A DNA stretch of 64,000 nucleotides from Octopus sinensis (lineage: Eukaryota). A program made the position numbers and the translations under genes. This document shows, one piece after another, positions 27,497-41,942 of this stretch (position 1 is its first letter; each line of letters opens with the position of its first letter). A model generated the notes under the pieces. It did no database searches, was not told the origin of the DNA, and saw only the letters and a program-made list of their open reading frames with translations. The stretch is from assembly GCF_006345805.1 (NCBI RefSeq), contig NC_043006.1, positions 55,738,001 through 55,802,000 on the forward strand, written 5' to 3'.

Positions 27497-27779
27497 CAAT
27501 AACCCCTCGACTATCGCGGGTGTTACGTTCCAAAACACCCTGCGATAGGTGAAAATCTGCGAAGTAGAAACATTACTATACTGTATGTTTTTATCATTAT
27601 TTTTTTAAATTTTTATATATCTATTTTATTATAAATGCAAAACATCACCACGGAGGAATCGACGTAAGCTTAAATAATAAACCAAGATTGGTGATGCGCA
27701 AGTTGAATATTATATACTGATACGGGATGTATATATATATACATATATATACATATACATATAAGTCGAGGGATTACTG
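27497..27779. mobile_element. pogo/Tigger-like MITE
   Basis: TA|CAATAACCCCTCGACT...AGTCGAGGGATTACTG|TA imperfect TIRs and TA flanks. Confidence 0.65.
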
Positions 27780-27884
27780 TATAATCAAAAATGCTTTAGC
27801 TGTGACAGTTCGGACATCTTGTTTTTCATGTCTAGATATATTGAATCAAAAGGATGTCAGGGTCATCCCGAGCCACAAGTTCAT

Positions 27885-28015
27885 AAGGCCAACCAGCTAA
27901 GTGGACCGGAGCAACATGAAATGAAGTGTTTTCTTCAAGAACTCATCCGTCCATGAATCGAAGACACAGCCTTACGATCATGAGTGCAACATGCTAATCA
28001 CTAAACCACACACCT
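27885..28015 (-). mobile_element. tRNA-headed SINE family B, diverged
   Basis: Reverse complement GTGGTTTAGTGATTAG...GATCGTAAGG...AAAACACTTCATTTCATGTTGCTCC; shared with the 40150 and 59030 copies. Confidence 0.6.
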
Positions 28016-29689
28016 TCATATAGAAATATAGACATAGTATCTCTATCTAGGAATACATTTATCTTTTGTGAGATTCCTTTTAAAAGTGAGTAGCGGGTAA
28101 TGTTTGTGAGATTTTCTTGTTAGTCCTAGAAAACAATCGAATATATGATGGCTTCGGCGCTGATTCGGTTAGGTCTAGTTTCCAGTTGAGCTGTCTTTAG
28201 CGAAAGCAAGTTGGGAAAATCATCTAGGACTCTGATGGTAGGTCAATGGTTTTGGGAGAGAGTTAGTGATTGGCAGTTAAGTTGGTTCTGTGCCGACGAA
28301 GAGAAATAACACTGAAACCGTGCTGTCCACAGATACTGCTCTGTGCTGGGTGGGGGTGTTAAACTCCCCTGTTCGAAAATATAAGGACACAGATTGTGTT
28401 TCATATAGCCAGCTGGAGACGATGTCTCCTGGGGCTGAACAACAGTAGCATTCGTCCCAACCGGGACTGCCACATTAGATTGGCAAATAACCTTTACTTT
28501 AAAGTACTACTACTGAATATCTCTCGTTGAGAGATTTAGAAACAATAATATTTCTCCTCCCCCTCTCCCTATATATATTTATATACATATATATTGACAA
28601 CGCGTCCGCACAATTTCCATTTACTAATTTTTTCTCTCTCTCTCATATTGCTAGAAAATAAGTGAAATTGAAGCTATTAGAAGACAAATAACCAAGGTGC
28701 TGCGCGGTGATATGAACCAGTGCCACGTGACTGCGAAACACACTTCTAAATCATACACACCCTGCACACATACACATGTACACGCGCACACACAGATACA
28801 CCTACGCACAAACGCATTTTTTTGAATATTACAATGGTGAATGTTCATTTTAGTGTAACGCAATTCACAGGAGACCGTTGAAAGATTTGATTAAACGAAC
28901 TGATCAGAGAAAACACTTTATTCTTATTTAATTTTCTCTCTTATACTGCTTAGTGTGGTATTTCTCTTTTTAGCACATTTGGAATTCTTTAAAGTTTATT
29001 TTCTTAATTCTTGGTTTATTTTAGGATTTCCTATTTACTTTCCGTTACTTTGATCTTTTATATTTACTTTTTCGGGTTTGCTTTTCCGTTAATATTTTTC
29101 TTTATTTGTTATCTTTTTAAATGTTAATTTTTTTGTTGTTAAAACAATCTTTCTTTGTTGAAGGGTGAAAAAAAAAACTGCCAAAAGTTTTCAAATAAAA
29201 TGTTTGATTCAGATTTCCATGTTTCTTTTTTTTCAATTCAATAATCCCTCTACGAAAGTATTAACATAGAAATTAAAAAAAAAATATCTATATATAAAAT
29301 ACAGTGTGAACAAATAATAAAAAGGAGCAGGATGTAAAGGATGTCATGAAAGGAAGAGACAGAATTGTTGTGCCAAAATGGATACTAATGAATATTATTC
29401 TGTGGTTCAGTGACATGGTATCGGAAAGAAGAATTAAAAATGGGTATATTCTCTCAAGAATAACTTTCTTGACTCCGAATGTCAGCATTAAATTATGTTA
29501 CAAAGGAATATTTGGCACCAAAACTGAACTAAACCAAAATAGACGTAATGTTGCTGTGTATGTGTATGTTTGTGTATTAAGGTGTATGTGCTCACACGCG
29601 CACGCGCACGTGTATATGTATGTGTGTGAGAGAGAGAGAGAATGGAGGAAAAGAGAAATTAACTAGCAATTGAACTTATATGCATTGGA

Positions 29690-30140
29690 ATATTGAAATT
29701 TCTTTAAATATCACCACCAACAGCGGCATCAGCATCCTCATTGTTGTCGCTATCTTCGTGTTCATAGTGAGTTTGATGATGAAAAGAAGAAACATGATGA
29801 ATATAATGATAGTCCTCCTCCCCCTCCCCTCCTCCTCCTCCTCCTCCTCCTCCTCATCATCATCATCATCATCTAAACTTCCTTTATCATCGTATTCCTC
29901 TTATCTTCTTCGTTGTCGTCCTCGTCTCCTCCTCTCCTCCTCTTCCTCCTCCTTCTCGTCATCATCATCAACATCATCATCCTCATTTGCAGCAGTAGCA
30001 GCAGCAGCAGCACTGACGTCATCCGTACTATTATCGTCATCCTCCTCACCTACTGTCACATCCTAATCATTACTGTCACAATAATAATCAATCAGAATCA
30101 TCGTCATCGTCACCATCAACATCATCAACACTACTATCAC
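29690..30140. repeat. Low-complexity (CCT)/(CAT)/(CAG) tract
   Basis: Direct reading; gives the poly-Ser ORFs. Confidence 0.9.
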
Positions 30141-30609
30141 TAACATGATGCCTCTCCTTTTTCTCTTCCTCACATGGGGCAGACAGGCAGCAAAATGGTT
30201 GCTTGAAGAACACCTTGGCCATCCATCCATCCATCCATCCATCTTTATGGCTCACTGTTTTTGGGAGAGTCATAAGGGCAGATTCTTCTTAAGATACTAT
30301 CAGAAGCCATCATCATTAGATATTATCCAACCATCTCATTTTTGGTTTCCCCTAGGTCTCCTTTTGGTTGGTTTGGCTTGAAGGATCCCTCTTTCAATTC
30401 TTTCCTGCGACATTCTAGTCGCATGTTCATAGCACCGGCGCTGTGACCTCTCAATGTAGAAAAGTCGTGGTTAGACCTGGTTAGACTGCCAGATCTCCGA
30501 GCATTGCACCCCTGTTGAGTACCCTTATTCCAGAGATTCTTCGGAAGAACCCCATTTCGACTACTTGTATTCGCGATCACACTCTTTCGGTCATTACCTA
30601 ACATTAAGA

Positions 30610-31500
30610 AAAATAAAAGCTGGATATGGTTCTGGAAGAGTCTAGGGGATAATTAAACATTTACTATTCAGGAATATCTTAAAGCTATATGCCAAGACTG
30701 GTGGAGAATTGGAGACCCGTGGTGAAATTATAGAAGTGTTTAGAAATGACATCAGAATGGAATTTGGTTTTCCCCAGTGTGAAAGCGTAGTGGTGAAGAA
30801 AAGGAAATACCATAAAAGTAATGTTACGGAAGATTGATATAAGTATCTGGGAGTCTAGGGAGCTGGTGATATAATGGGTAGACCAAAAAAATAAAGGAAG
30901 ATAAGTGTAAGAAGAATACTAAAGTCCAAATCCAAGTGCGTGAGTACTGTTACTACCATAAACTCAAGAACCATATCCACCATCTGTTACAGTGCCGAGT
31001 AAAGTGTAAGGAAAAATGCCAGATTGGAAGGGCCTAGGACCAGATTTAGTTCAAGGGTACTGGTTAAAGAAATTTAGTAGATTACATGGGAGACTGAGGA
31101 AACAACTTCAGGACTGTTTGAATAAAAGAGTAATAGCAGATTGTATGACCTGAGGGAGAACAGCTCTCCTTACGAAAGACAAAAGCAAGGGTGGTACTGC
31201 TAGTAATTAGTGACAAATCCCTTGCTTACCATTAGTGTGGAAGCTGTTAACAGGAATGCTCTCAGAAAGCATTTACGAGCACCTTGACAACCAGAATTTG
31301 CTGCCTAAAGAACAAAAAGGTTGCAAGAAGAGGACAAGAGGAACTCGTGATCTATCATACATAGACAAAGCAGCTCTAAATAAAGTAATATCTAGAAGGA
31401 AAAATTTATCAATAGCATGGATAGATTATAAGAAAGCCTGTCACATGACCCCATACTCATGAATGTGTGAATGTTTGAATATATTCAGTATTGCAGACAA
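30610..31500 (+). pseudogene. Two decayed R4/Dong-type RT fragments
   Basis: IKHLLF..LKLYAK...DIRMEFG, YKYLG, RRILKSK (30610-31000); WKLLTG..EQKGC..RGTRD..IDK..LSIAWIDYKKA (31235-31462). Confidence 0.7.
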
Positions 31501-33277
31501 CATATTTATAAAAACTTTTCCAATCCTATTTATATAAAATAGTGGAGTTAATTCTCTTTCTATGTCTTAAAGTCTGGGGATTATGTGCGTCTGATTTTAA
31601 ATATATTTCAGTGTTGGCTATATATTTCTCTTCAATGGATCCAGTAGATGCTGTCATTACTCTGTGACAAACATCTTTGTGAAATATTATTTGTATATTA
31701 TATATGCCAGATGTGATAATACAACTGTATTCGACTGTTGGATTTGAGTGAATGTTTGTAAGATTTTGGTTGTGGTTGCATAATCGAAATGAGATATTTT
31801 CTATAAAACTGTACCTAAAATAATTCTTAGTGATGAACTGGAGATTTATTATAGGAAATCTAACAATGACATTGATTTAGACCCATGCTATGTGACAAAT
31901 CACACCAGTATTTTCTATAAACGTCCTTGAATGAATCCTAAATAAGTTCAACATCACATTATAACCACTAGCAAGCTTATATATACAATCTTGATGAATC
32001 GTAAGAAACACTTCAACCACAACAAGATTAGACCTGAATAGAATACATCTACTTCGTAAAACGCTATTCAAGTACACTTACAAACAATTTTACGTGCATG
32101 CTTAACTGAACCGAAACAGTAGCAAAATCTATTATCAAGCCAGAAAATCTGTCTCTATCATCCCTTCCTCTCCGCCGCATTCTCCACCTTCCTTCTTAGA
32201 CAGTCACTTCTGTGTTTGGTTTTCTACAGTGATGCCGTCGTCATATGCAGACACAGATCTCCAACATCTTAGTTCATGCGGGACAGTAAAAATAAGCTGA
32301 ATGCGAACAATTTCAATGATGATGATGACAAAAAGAAAATAGCGTTAGGGATAGTACAGTAAATACAATGGTCATAGGCAATAAAACACATGAGAAAAGT
32401 GGGAGGGATGGCATCGAAGCTAACCTGTCTATTCCTGGTGACCTTAGAATCCGACATTCCAAGGCATGAAAAATATAGTTAATAAGGGTGACCCTCGAGG
32501 AATTACAGTAAAAACCTGAAATAATGGGAGAAACAAAAATATGGTATATAAATATTTATTTATTCTAAGATGCTGATGCTGAAAGAAATCAGAATTCAGA
32601 ATGAAATAAAGTTAAATTAAAATAGATTCACGAAAGCTAGTGTAGGGTCAAAAGAGAGCGATAAAAATAAGAATTGAAATATGAAAAAGAAAGGGCAAAT
32701 GCATAGTACAGCTAATTATTTATTAATTAGATATTAGAAATCACTGTAATGGAAAAGTGGGGAGACGGTAAATTATATAAGCTGTTAAATTCTATTAGAC
32801 GATATAAAGGATTCCGCATAAGGAGTATATAAATAGCATATGTTAGAAAAAAGTAAAGTAAAATATGATAAAGGGGGTGTTGTTGTTGACGTCATTTTAA
32901 TTTATTAATCCTCAAGAGAATTATGTCCTTGAACAGCCTCGAAGTACACTGAAAGCACTAAGGCTCACACACAATAGGTCAAAAGTTGCTCTTGGACCTC
33001 GGCAGTTCTCGGTTCCCTCGCTCGAAGAGGGCCCCTGCCAACCCAACATCAAATCTCCATAATCCAAAGATCTATGTCGACCGCAAGAACAACCTTTGGA
33101 AATGAATAAAAGATAGAAAATTAATAGGAAGAGATAAAGCGAGAAGTGAAAAAAGTAAGATGGAATCTCGATGCCAGTGTGTGGTTTCATGATACCAATT
33201 ACGACAGCTCACTAGTAATGAAGTTAAAAAGGTAAAGGATTAAAATTTGGAAATTAAGAATTAACGCAGCATCCTTC

Positions 33278-33376
<99 letters not shown>

Positions 33377-34071
33377 CACACACACATGCACACACACACA
33401 AACAGACATATACATGTATATGCGTATGTATATATACACAACGTTGAGATTATAGACAGAAGGGAGATGAGTAAATTAAAACCAATTACGTAGAAACTTT
33501 CTATAACCTATACTAAATACTATATATTTATAAATAACGGTTGAGAATGGAATTATCAGTTAGTGAATATGAAAACTTATTAGTGTATAGAGCTACTTAG
33601 AATGCATTCGTAAAATAGAACAAAAACGTCCACACTTTTATATTTTATAGAATATTCAGCTTTAATCAAACTGATGTGAAAACCGATTTTTTTCACAACG
33701 TATCATTCTGCTAATTTCACTATCAATTTCAATAAAAATTCCTGCAATCTTTTCACTAATTACTGTCTTCATGCATTGCCTTCTTAATACCTCTCAAGTT
33801 TTATTCTTTGAACCATTAGCAAAGTTGCTAAAATAGCATTGATATTTAAAAACTGCTTCAGAGGAATTTCAAGTAACTTTCTCAGTAACTTGAAATCATA
33901 CTGCTTCAATAACAATGTATGTACACTGGCATCGTTGAATAATTAATTGTTTTACGGCAACGTGTTTCCTATTCGGACCCAATGTCTTACATCTTCGGAA
34001 AATGTTTTCCAATATAGCCTGGGTTGGTGAAAACCTTGAGTCAGTAATTATGTCGAAGCCCGTCGGATGTA

Positions 34072-34094
34072 ATGTATGTATGTATGCATGTATG

Positions 34095-34128
<34 letters not shown>

Positions 34129-34250
34129 TGTATGTATGTATGTATGTATGTATGTATGCATGCATGTATGTATGTATGTATGTATGTATGTATGTATGTA
34201 TGTATGTATGTATGTATGCATGTATGTATGTATGCATGTATGTATGCATG

Positions 34251-34284
<34 letters not shown>

Positions 34285-34292
34285 TGTATGTA
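34072..34292. repeat. (TATG)n microsatellite
   Basis: Direct reading. Confidence 0.97.
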
Positions 34293-34317
34293 TGGTGTGT
34301 GTGTGTGTGTGTGTATG

Positions 34318-34815
34318 TATACTCTTTACTCTTTACTCTTTACTCTTTTACTTGTTTCAGTCATTTGACTGTGGCCATGCTGGAGCACCGCCTTTAGTCA
34401 ATCGAGCAAATCGACCCCAGGACTTATTCTTTATAAGCCTAGTACTTATTCTATGGGACACTTTTGCCGAACCGCTAAGTTACGGGGACGTAACACACCA
34501 GCATCGGTTGTCAAGCGATGTTAGGAGGAGAAACACACACACAAACGTATACACACACACACACACATACATACATACATACATACATACATACATACAT
34601 ACACACATACACACATACATACATACATACATACATACATACATACATACATACATACACACATACATACATACATACATACATACATACATACATACAT
34701 ACATACATACATACAGTTTCCGTCTACTAAATCCACTCACAAGGTTTTGGTCGGTCTGAGTCTATAGTACAAGTCACCTGCCCAAAGTTCCACGAAGTGA
34801 GATTGAACCCAGAAT
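34318..34815 (-). mobile_element. SINE family A body lacking its first ~40-50 nt, with expanded internal (CATA)n
   Basis: Colinear with 59514-59880; the missing head matches 36877-36913. Confidence 0.85.
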
Positions 34816-34825
34816 ATAAAATGTG

Positions 34826-36876
34826 TCATCATAGACAGTACAAAGATTGTGTAGCTTTGCGGGCTGGACAAACACATTAATGAATGAAAATGAAATAAAA
34901 TGAATAGATGAGAGACGAAACCCAACACCCGCCGATTGGATTTTTCTCGAAAACATATTTTCTTTTTTTTAAAAATCAATATGATGTTTCAAACCTCTTA
35001 CAAGAAGGAGGCACTAAAACCTCTTACAAGCTACTTTATTTCATTTAATTTTCCACAAGGGCAGCACATAGATTTACAACAATTCTCCTTGTCAGGTCCC
35101 CCAAGCAATGTGACTTGCCGCCTGTAGACAACTCTGCATCGACAAGTCGGGGCCTGCAAAGAGGAAAGCAAATTCTTTCTTGTCAAAGGTCGTTGTGACC
35201 TTTGACAAAATGTTTTCCGTTACTACCTCCGCAGCCACCTGCCGAGGCCATAACGGACTACTTGCGCAGACCGAGTACACACGTTCTCGGTCACTCAAGC
35301 CGTCCAAAATTTACTCAACGTCCCTTCCTCGTGGTAAAGGAGGAGAAACATCTCCTCTTCACAGGAAGGGACCTCACACTGCTCCGTCAGTGGCACACTT
35401 CCCACTGACGGAGCCCTATCCGCAGGTGGCACACATCCCACCTGCAGCTCCGTCGGCGGACCAGGAACATCCGCCGACCGTCCTCTGCTCCTCTTTTTCC
35501 TCTTTCTTTTTGAGGCTGCGGGAGCAGGGGGCTGCGTCGACAGACGCGGGGGGTCGCTACCCTCCTCCGCCGCCTGAACATTCTTTGGTGAGCAACCATT
35601 GTTACTCACCTTTCTTTTTCTTTTCGTGGAAGCAACTTCCTCCACGACTTCCACCGTCTCCCCTTCCAATGAAGGGGCGGCGGGCACCTTCTCTTTATCA
35701 TGTTCCAGGGCCCTACCACGGCCCCCTGGACAATTCCTTTTGATATGGCCAGGCTCCAGGCACAGGTGACACTTGGGGGGGGGGCGTCCCTCAAGTATCA
35801 CCAGGTACCTGTACCCGGCCATTTTCAAGAAATCCAGAAACATCATGTCTCCACGGCCACTGGTGTCCATAGTTGCCTTTGACCCCTCCCACTCGACCGC
35901 GGGATTAATCCTCACACTCAACAGTCTGGGCCCGCTATCCCCTAGGCCTCACCGGATGGTCTTCTCGATCCATCCCGCCTCCGTGCCCGGGGGCAGCCCG
36001 CACACCCTGGCTCTTCTTTTCTTCTTCCCACAATAAGTGGGGAGGAACAAAATCTCTTCTCCCTCAAAGGACTCGCTAGAAAATCTGTCAGCTTCCTCAG
36101 GGGTACCAAACAGCAACCAGACTGTTGCAAATTTGGTCCCCCGTGAAATAAATTTTATAGTTGGCAGGTAGTCTGCCAACTCTTTCTCTATCACGCTCTT
36201 GTCGAAGAGGGCAATGGCATCACACGATCTAGAATAGGTTCGTAGTACCACCGTCCTTTTCTCAAGATCTTTAATCCACTGTTTGGGTGGGACCACCACC
36301 CACTCCAAAACAGCGGCACCGTTTGTTTTTGCCATGTGCAAAAAATAAAGTCTTAAAAGTTCCAAAAAAGTTCAAGGTTCAAAGAGAATGCAAGAAAAAA
36401 AGTAAGTCCAAAAATTAATTAATAGTTCAAAGGGAAGGAAAAATCAGGAAGGATAAACAGAAAAAATAAAACAGCAAAAATCCTATTGGCCAACAGGTAA
36501 TCTCCGTTTAATGTGGATAGGTTCCTTGTCATAAATCTTTTTTGTTTTCCGGTAATTCAAACACAATACAGCCAACGGTAGCTGCAACAGCAACAGGTTC
36601 TATTCGGGCTAGGATACGCCCCACCAAAAATGAATACAATAATTTTCAATACACAAAAACAGCAGCCGCCGAGAGCAGGCGAAATTGTCCCAGAGCTGGG
36701 CACAATTTACTGAAAAAATAATTCGCACGCAATAAATTATGCCCAGCTCACAACAAACAAAATCACCTACCTCGACAACCTTCTCTGTTTTTGTTCTTTT
36801 TTCTTTTTAGAACGGAGCTCAAATCTCACGTCCTCACTGTTCAATGGCAAGAAGTCGACTTGACGCGCATGTGCGG
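34826..36876 (-). mobile_element. L1/Tx1-type element with 5' UTR and ORF1 but no ORF2 (HAL1-like)
   Basis: ORFs 36365-35949 and 35921-35295 are in frame across one TGA; CCHC knuckle CHLCLEPGHIKRNC is followed by a basic, low-complexity tail; no EN/RT motif downstream. Confidence 0.7.
35295..36365 (-). pseudogene. Gag-like ORF1p with zinc knuckle (one in-frame TGA)
   Basis: RARVCGLP (RRM-like strand) and C-X2-C-X4-H-X4-C motif. Confidence 0.75.
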
Positions 36877-36913
36877 AAGCTAGCTGCTTACCACACAGCC
36901 ACTCCTGCGCCTA
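36877..36913 (-). mobile_element. SINE family A head (first 37 nt)
   Basis: Reverse complement TAGGCGCAGGAGTGGCTGTGTGGTAAGCAGCTAGCTT. Confidence 0.85.
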
Positions 36914-37269
36914 TTGTGTGTATGTATGCATGCATGTATGTAAGGATGTATGTATGTAAGTACGCATATATGCATGCATGTACGTATGCAAGTATGCATG
37001 TGTGTAAATATGTATACATCAGCAACAGTAGCAGCAACACCGCCGCCAGCATCGTTGTTAAGAATATCTAGTATTCTACCTGAAGAGCTTGCGAATCAGT
37101 CGAAATAGATGCGTTGTCTTTTCCCCCTTGGTCAACGTGGATTAATCTACGTTTAACGTGTTTGAACTAGTCCACTTGTAATCAATGTATTAGTATCTGA
37201 GGACTTTTTAAAGTGAATTTATAAAATGAACCGTGAGTGAGGGTTGGGGTCTGGTTCTTGCATAGTCTC

Positions 37270-37500
37270 ACCTTTATGTTCGTTTTAAATATACAAGAAT
37301 TTTACCTGCAACTGCATTTTGTTATCACTACTGTTTCGTAGATGTATTCTTCTAGTATCAACACTAGCTAAGATATCGAGTAAATTATTTGTTTCTCTAG
37401 TACGGTTATATCTATATTGTAACTTCAAGGCGACGAAAACTGTTTGTTGTTGCTTTGGCTGCAATAAGTGTTGTTGTAAATGTCGAAACACCAGTTTAAG
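37270..37500 (-). pseudogene. Possible highly decayed PLE GIY-YIG fragment
   Basis: IIYSIS*LVLILEEYIYET resembles NLIY.I.C..C.EEYIGET; weak. Confidence 0.3.
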
Positions 37501-38358
37501 ACTTTTCGTAGAAATATTTCGACACCAATCCCTTCACATTTTGTTTATTGTTTGGATATATTTTATCTTTGTTGAAATTTATTGATGTTATTTTTCTTGG
37601 CGATGTTTATGTATTGTTAGAGCACGTCTTCCTTAAAAGTTAAGCGTGAGGTTGATAGTTTTATAGCAAAACAAACGAAGAAGTGATAAAACCAACTTGA
37701 AGACGAAGAGAGTAGACATGTATTGAATGAGATCAGCCCTGAATTGGAGATCTGTTCTGAATTTGTGGAGCACACAAAGGATAAGCTGCCAATGAAAACT
37801 ACACGAGAAATCTGCGACTAGCAACGTACAATTTCGAATAAGATATATGCCTCTCATGCAGTTCACAGACTGAAATTCTATTTTTGCTTCAATTAATGTG
37901 TATTCTACATAATTTATTATCTATTTTTTGTGTTGTTTTTATATCAAAGTTTTAATGGGCTTCATTGTATAATATTCTCACTTATCTCCTCGTTTCTATA
38001 CAATTGTCTAATTAATGTTGTATATTGTTATTTTATCATTTACTAGAAGCTTTACTAAATTCAGCTTAATTGATAGAATTACATAACTTTCCAATAAGTA
38101 TTGTACTCTCGCCAAAAGAATTATTGTTCATTATCCATGGTAATTAGATATTTGGACGATTATAATCTTCCAAATATTGTCATCCATGTAAATTTATTTT
38201 GTAAGTATATAAATATCTATGTTCATACGTGAGTGCTCATCTGAACATTTTCAGTTTTGTTTCTCTCTATATATCACTGTATATATCTACATGTGTATAT
38301 GTATGTAACTACATTTTATATATCAAGCCCAATCGTGTTTATCTGCATCACTATTAAT

Positions 38359-38436
<78 letters not shown>

Positions 38437-39577
38437 TGTGTGTGTGTGTGTGTATGTTGTGTGTGTGTGTGTATGTGTGTGTGTGAGTGTGTGTGTGTGT
38501 ACTTATATATATATTCGATTAGAGGTTGTGTTAACCTCATGAAGGGATTGATCCATTCAAGGAAATGCTGGTTCAATACTTAGTATTTTGGGGGAATTAA
38601 TTTTTAAAAAATAATAGGTATATACATATTAAAAGAAAAGACGACACAACACAGAAGTTTCTTTGACTCAGTGGTCCCTGAAAAGAATGCATCCCCCGCC
38701 CCTGTGAACGACCAGTCAGAAAAGGATGGGGGAGCCAAAGAAGCAACAACTAGAAGCCCCTCTGTGCCAGTGGTCCTACAAAATAGCTGGGCCGTCACCC
38801 CATTGGACCACCAGAAGAAAGAAATTCACACAATAAGAAAAGGAAACGCAGAACAAGAACAACAATAAAGAAGGAAAGGGAGAAAAATGAAAAGGAAAAA
38901 ATGAAATACTCAAAGCCGAAACCCCAGCCCACCAAACAAAAATATAAAAGAAGAAAAAGAAAATGGAGATTGGGAAGTTGATAATTGTTTAGTATTAACA
39001 GCAAATTAATCATCATCCCTTACAGCTGTTTTAATTAATATTAAGTAAATATAATAATTCATATGACCTGAGCATATAATCTTCAGAGGGGAAAAAATAT
39101 ACCTTTAGATGTTTTATATGTGTTTCTGGATTCATTATAGCAGACTGAATGATATGGTTTATAATTTCTTATGTATTGTGATATGTTCGGGCGAGAGGCT
39201 TACAGGTTCATTGGAAATAAAGTAGAGTAGGTAAGTATTTACCTCCGCTATCTTATCTCCTAGCCGTTTATATTAATTTTTGTATATGCATTAGCATTCC
39301 GTTAAATCATCCATAGATTTTATGTTACATACATATATGCTGAGAAACAGAACTGGCCAAACATGTGCCGTTCGAGCAGTCCTCACTGACGATGCTTACA
39401 GAATAGGTGAAACTAAACGTCTAGTCAGTGGATTCTTGAGTTGGTCATTGGCGAGTACCTACTATGATCAGCTTGAGCGTATACATTTTCGCACTTCTTA
39501 CAACATTAAGAATATTTTAAATCTTATTTCTAGCAATGTATTTGCTTTCGACACTCTTAGTCAGACTTAGTAACGAC

Positions 39578-39899
<322 letters not shown>

Positions 39900-40048
39900 T
39901 TAATTTCAATTATCCGCACCAACGCACGGTTGCAACGCCAGATGGTTGTACCTCCAACCGTGCTGTTTACTGCTGTGATTTTTGCTACTAAGGTATCGGT
40001 TAACTTTTGATTAATCTACAACAAGATTATTCATCTTTCTATTTCACA

Positions 40049-40122
<74 letters not shown>

Positions 40123-40149
40123 TGTATGTATGTATACATACATACATAA

Positions 40150-40297
40150 AAGCACCTCCGTTGGTCACGACTATGGACAGAACTGCCTGCTTCTGAAATA
40201 GAGTGCCTTACTCAAGTGCACAATGCATCGCCAGGAATTGAACTTGCGATCGTACGATCGTGAACCGATTACCCTAGCCACTGAGCCACGTGCTTCC
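40150..40297 (-). mobile_element. tRNA-headed SINE family B
   Basis: Reverse complement GCACGTGGCTCAGTGGCTAGGG...GTTCAATTCCTGG has A- and B-box-like motifs. Confidence 0.7.
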
Positions 40298-40360
40298 TCC
40301 CTCACACACGCAAACATACACAAACACACACATATATATACACATACACACACACAAACG

Positions 40361-40400
<40 letters not shown>

Positions 40401-40782
40401 CATACATACACACATAACGTATGGTCTCTGGACAGTTGCAATTCAGATCCCTCCTCGTTCGATAATTAAGATAATTTGCACTTTATAGTAAATTGTTTCC
40501 CCATCAGTTGTGATAATTATATTCTTGTAATCGAGTTTCCTATTTGTTTACAGAAACTCCATAATTTAAATGAATGTTATGAAATTAATATCAACTGAAA
40601 TGTCGATAATGTGACTAATTAGCAGATACAACATCTGGTGGGTTTTAAATTACTAAGTGGAACTCGTAAGATTGTCTGGTAAAGCAAAACAGAAACAAAT
40701 TGCTAGCCATCCAACTACTTGAAGTAATATGAAGGAGAGTTTAGAATTTTAATACACTTCTCCCATAGATATACATACATGC

Positions 40783-40906
<124 letters not shown>

Positions 40907-40920
40907 TAGATAGATATGTA

Positions 40921-40970
<50 letters not shown>

Positions 40971-40976
<6 letters not shown>

Positions 40977-41158
40977 ATCCAAGCATGAAAACACAACAAC
41001 GCGAGGACGTGGAACAAGTATAGTGTTATTGGACGCTCAGGAAAGGAAAGAAAGAAGGAGGATTTAACGTTTCGAGCGGAGCACTTCGTCAGAAACATAG
41101 AAAAAGGAAAGATCCAATGAAGGGCAGACGGATGAAAAAAGATCGCCAACGATACAAA
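40971..41158 (-). mobile_element. Short (~190 bp) hammerhead-bearing non-coding element, copy 2
   Basis: Same ends as 9376-9568; HHR at 41062-41096. Confidence 0.78.
41062..41096 (-). ncRNA. Minimal type I hammerhead (canonical CUGACGA core)
   Basis: GTTT-CTGACGA-A-GTGC tcc GCTC-GAAA-CG-TT-AAAT; one stem II mismatch and a GUU cleavage triplet. Confidence 0.55.
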
Positions 41159-41216
41159 CACACACACACACAGACACAGACACACAGACACACACACATA
41201 TATATATATATATATA

Positions 41217-41335
<119 letters not shown>

Positions 41336-41942
41336 CACATCTAACTTAACGAATGACTCTACATCATACAACGCAGAGTAGATAAACGGAAATCGAAAAC
41401 AGTTAAATCGAAGAATAATAAAGTAAAAGCCCTGAAGAAACTGCACCGGTATTATAATATGGTTGTAATTGCAACGGTTACTAATCAGTGAAGTTGAAAC
41501 CTGTGTAGGTCTATGTAAAGCTGTATATAAATCAAAGAATTAAAGGTAATGCTATGCCACTTTGTAATAATTTTTACTATTATTATTGTTGATATTATAT
41601 ACTCCATTTGTCTAAGGTAATATATTCAGAATTATCAAACGGAATATATCTCTACATTCTTATCTTATATTACTGGATTTATATATTAAATGTTGAATAA
41701 TCTATTTTGAATACCTCAGAGCAAACCGGTAAACGTTTGGAGTTATCCCATGCTATTTTCAAATATGTGTGCGTGTGTGTGTATGTGTGTGTACCTGTAC
41801 ACAAACTGTACGCGAACGTGTATATACACGCATATATGCACACATATATGCAAACATATATACGTATACACATACATGCGAACATACATACATAATACAT
41901 AATACGTACATACATGCAAACGTATATAGGAACTTACATATA

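Noticed and set aside
28240-28480. HDV-like ribozyme or RTE 5' UTR in a GC-richer patch
   Set aside because: I could not assign a nested double pseudoknot by eye.
35949-35951. Programmed UGA readthrough or selenocysteine in ORF1
   Set aside because: A single TGA in a decaying element is most simply a point mutation (e.g. CGA>TGA). I identified no SECIS, and a later frameshift is also present.
37073-37115. Hammerhead at CTGAAGA...GAAA
   Set aside because: There is no stem III/NUH after GAAA, and stem II is weak.
38600-39000. K/E-rich segment as a second ORF1 or host exon
   Set aside because: There is no knuckle, domain motif or convincing splice context.
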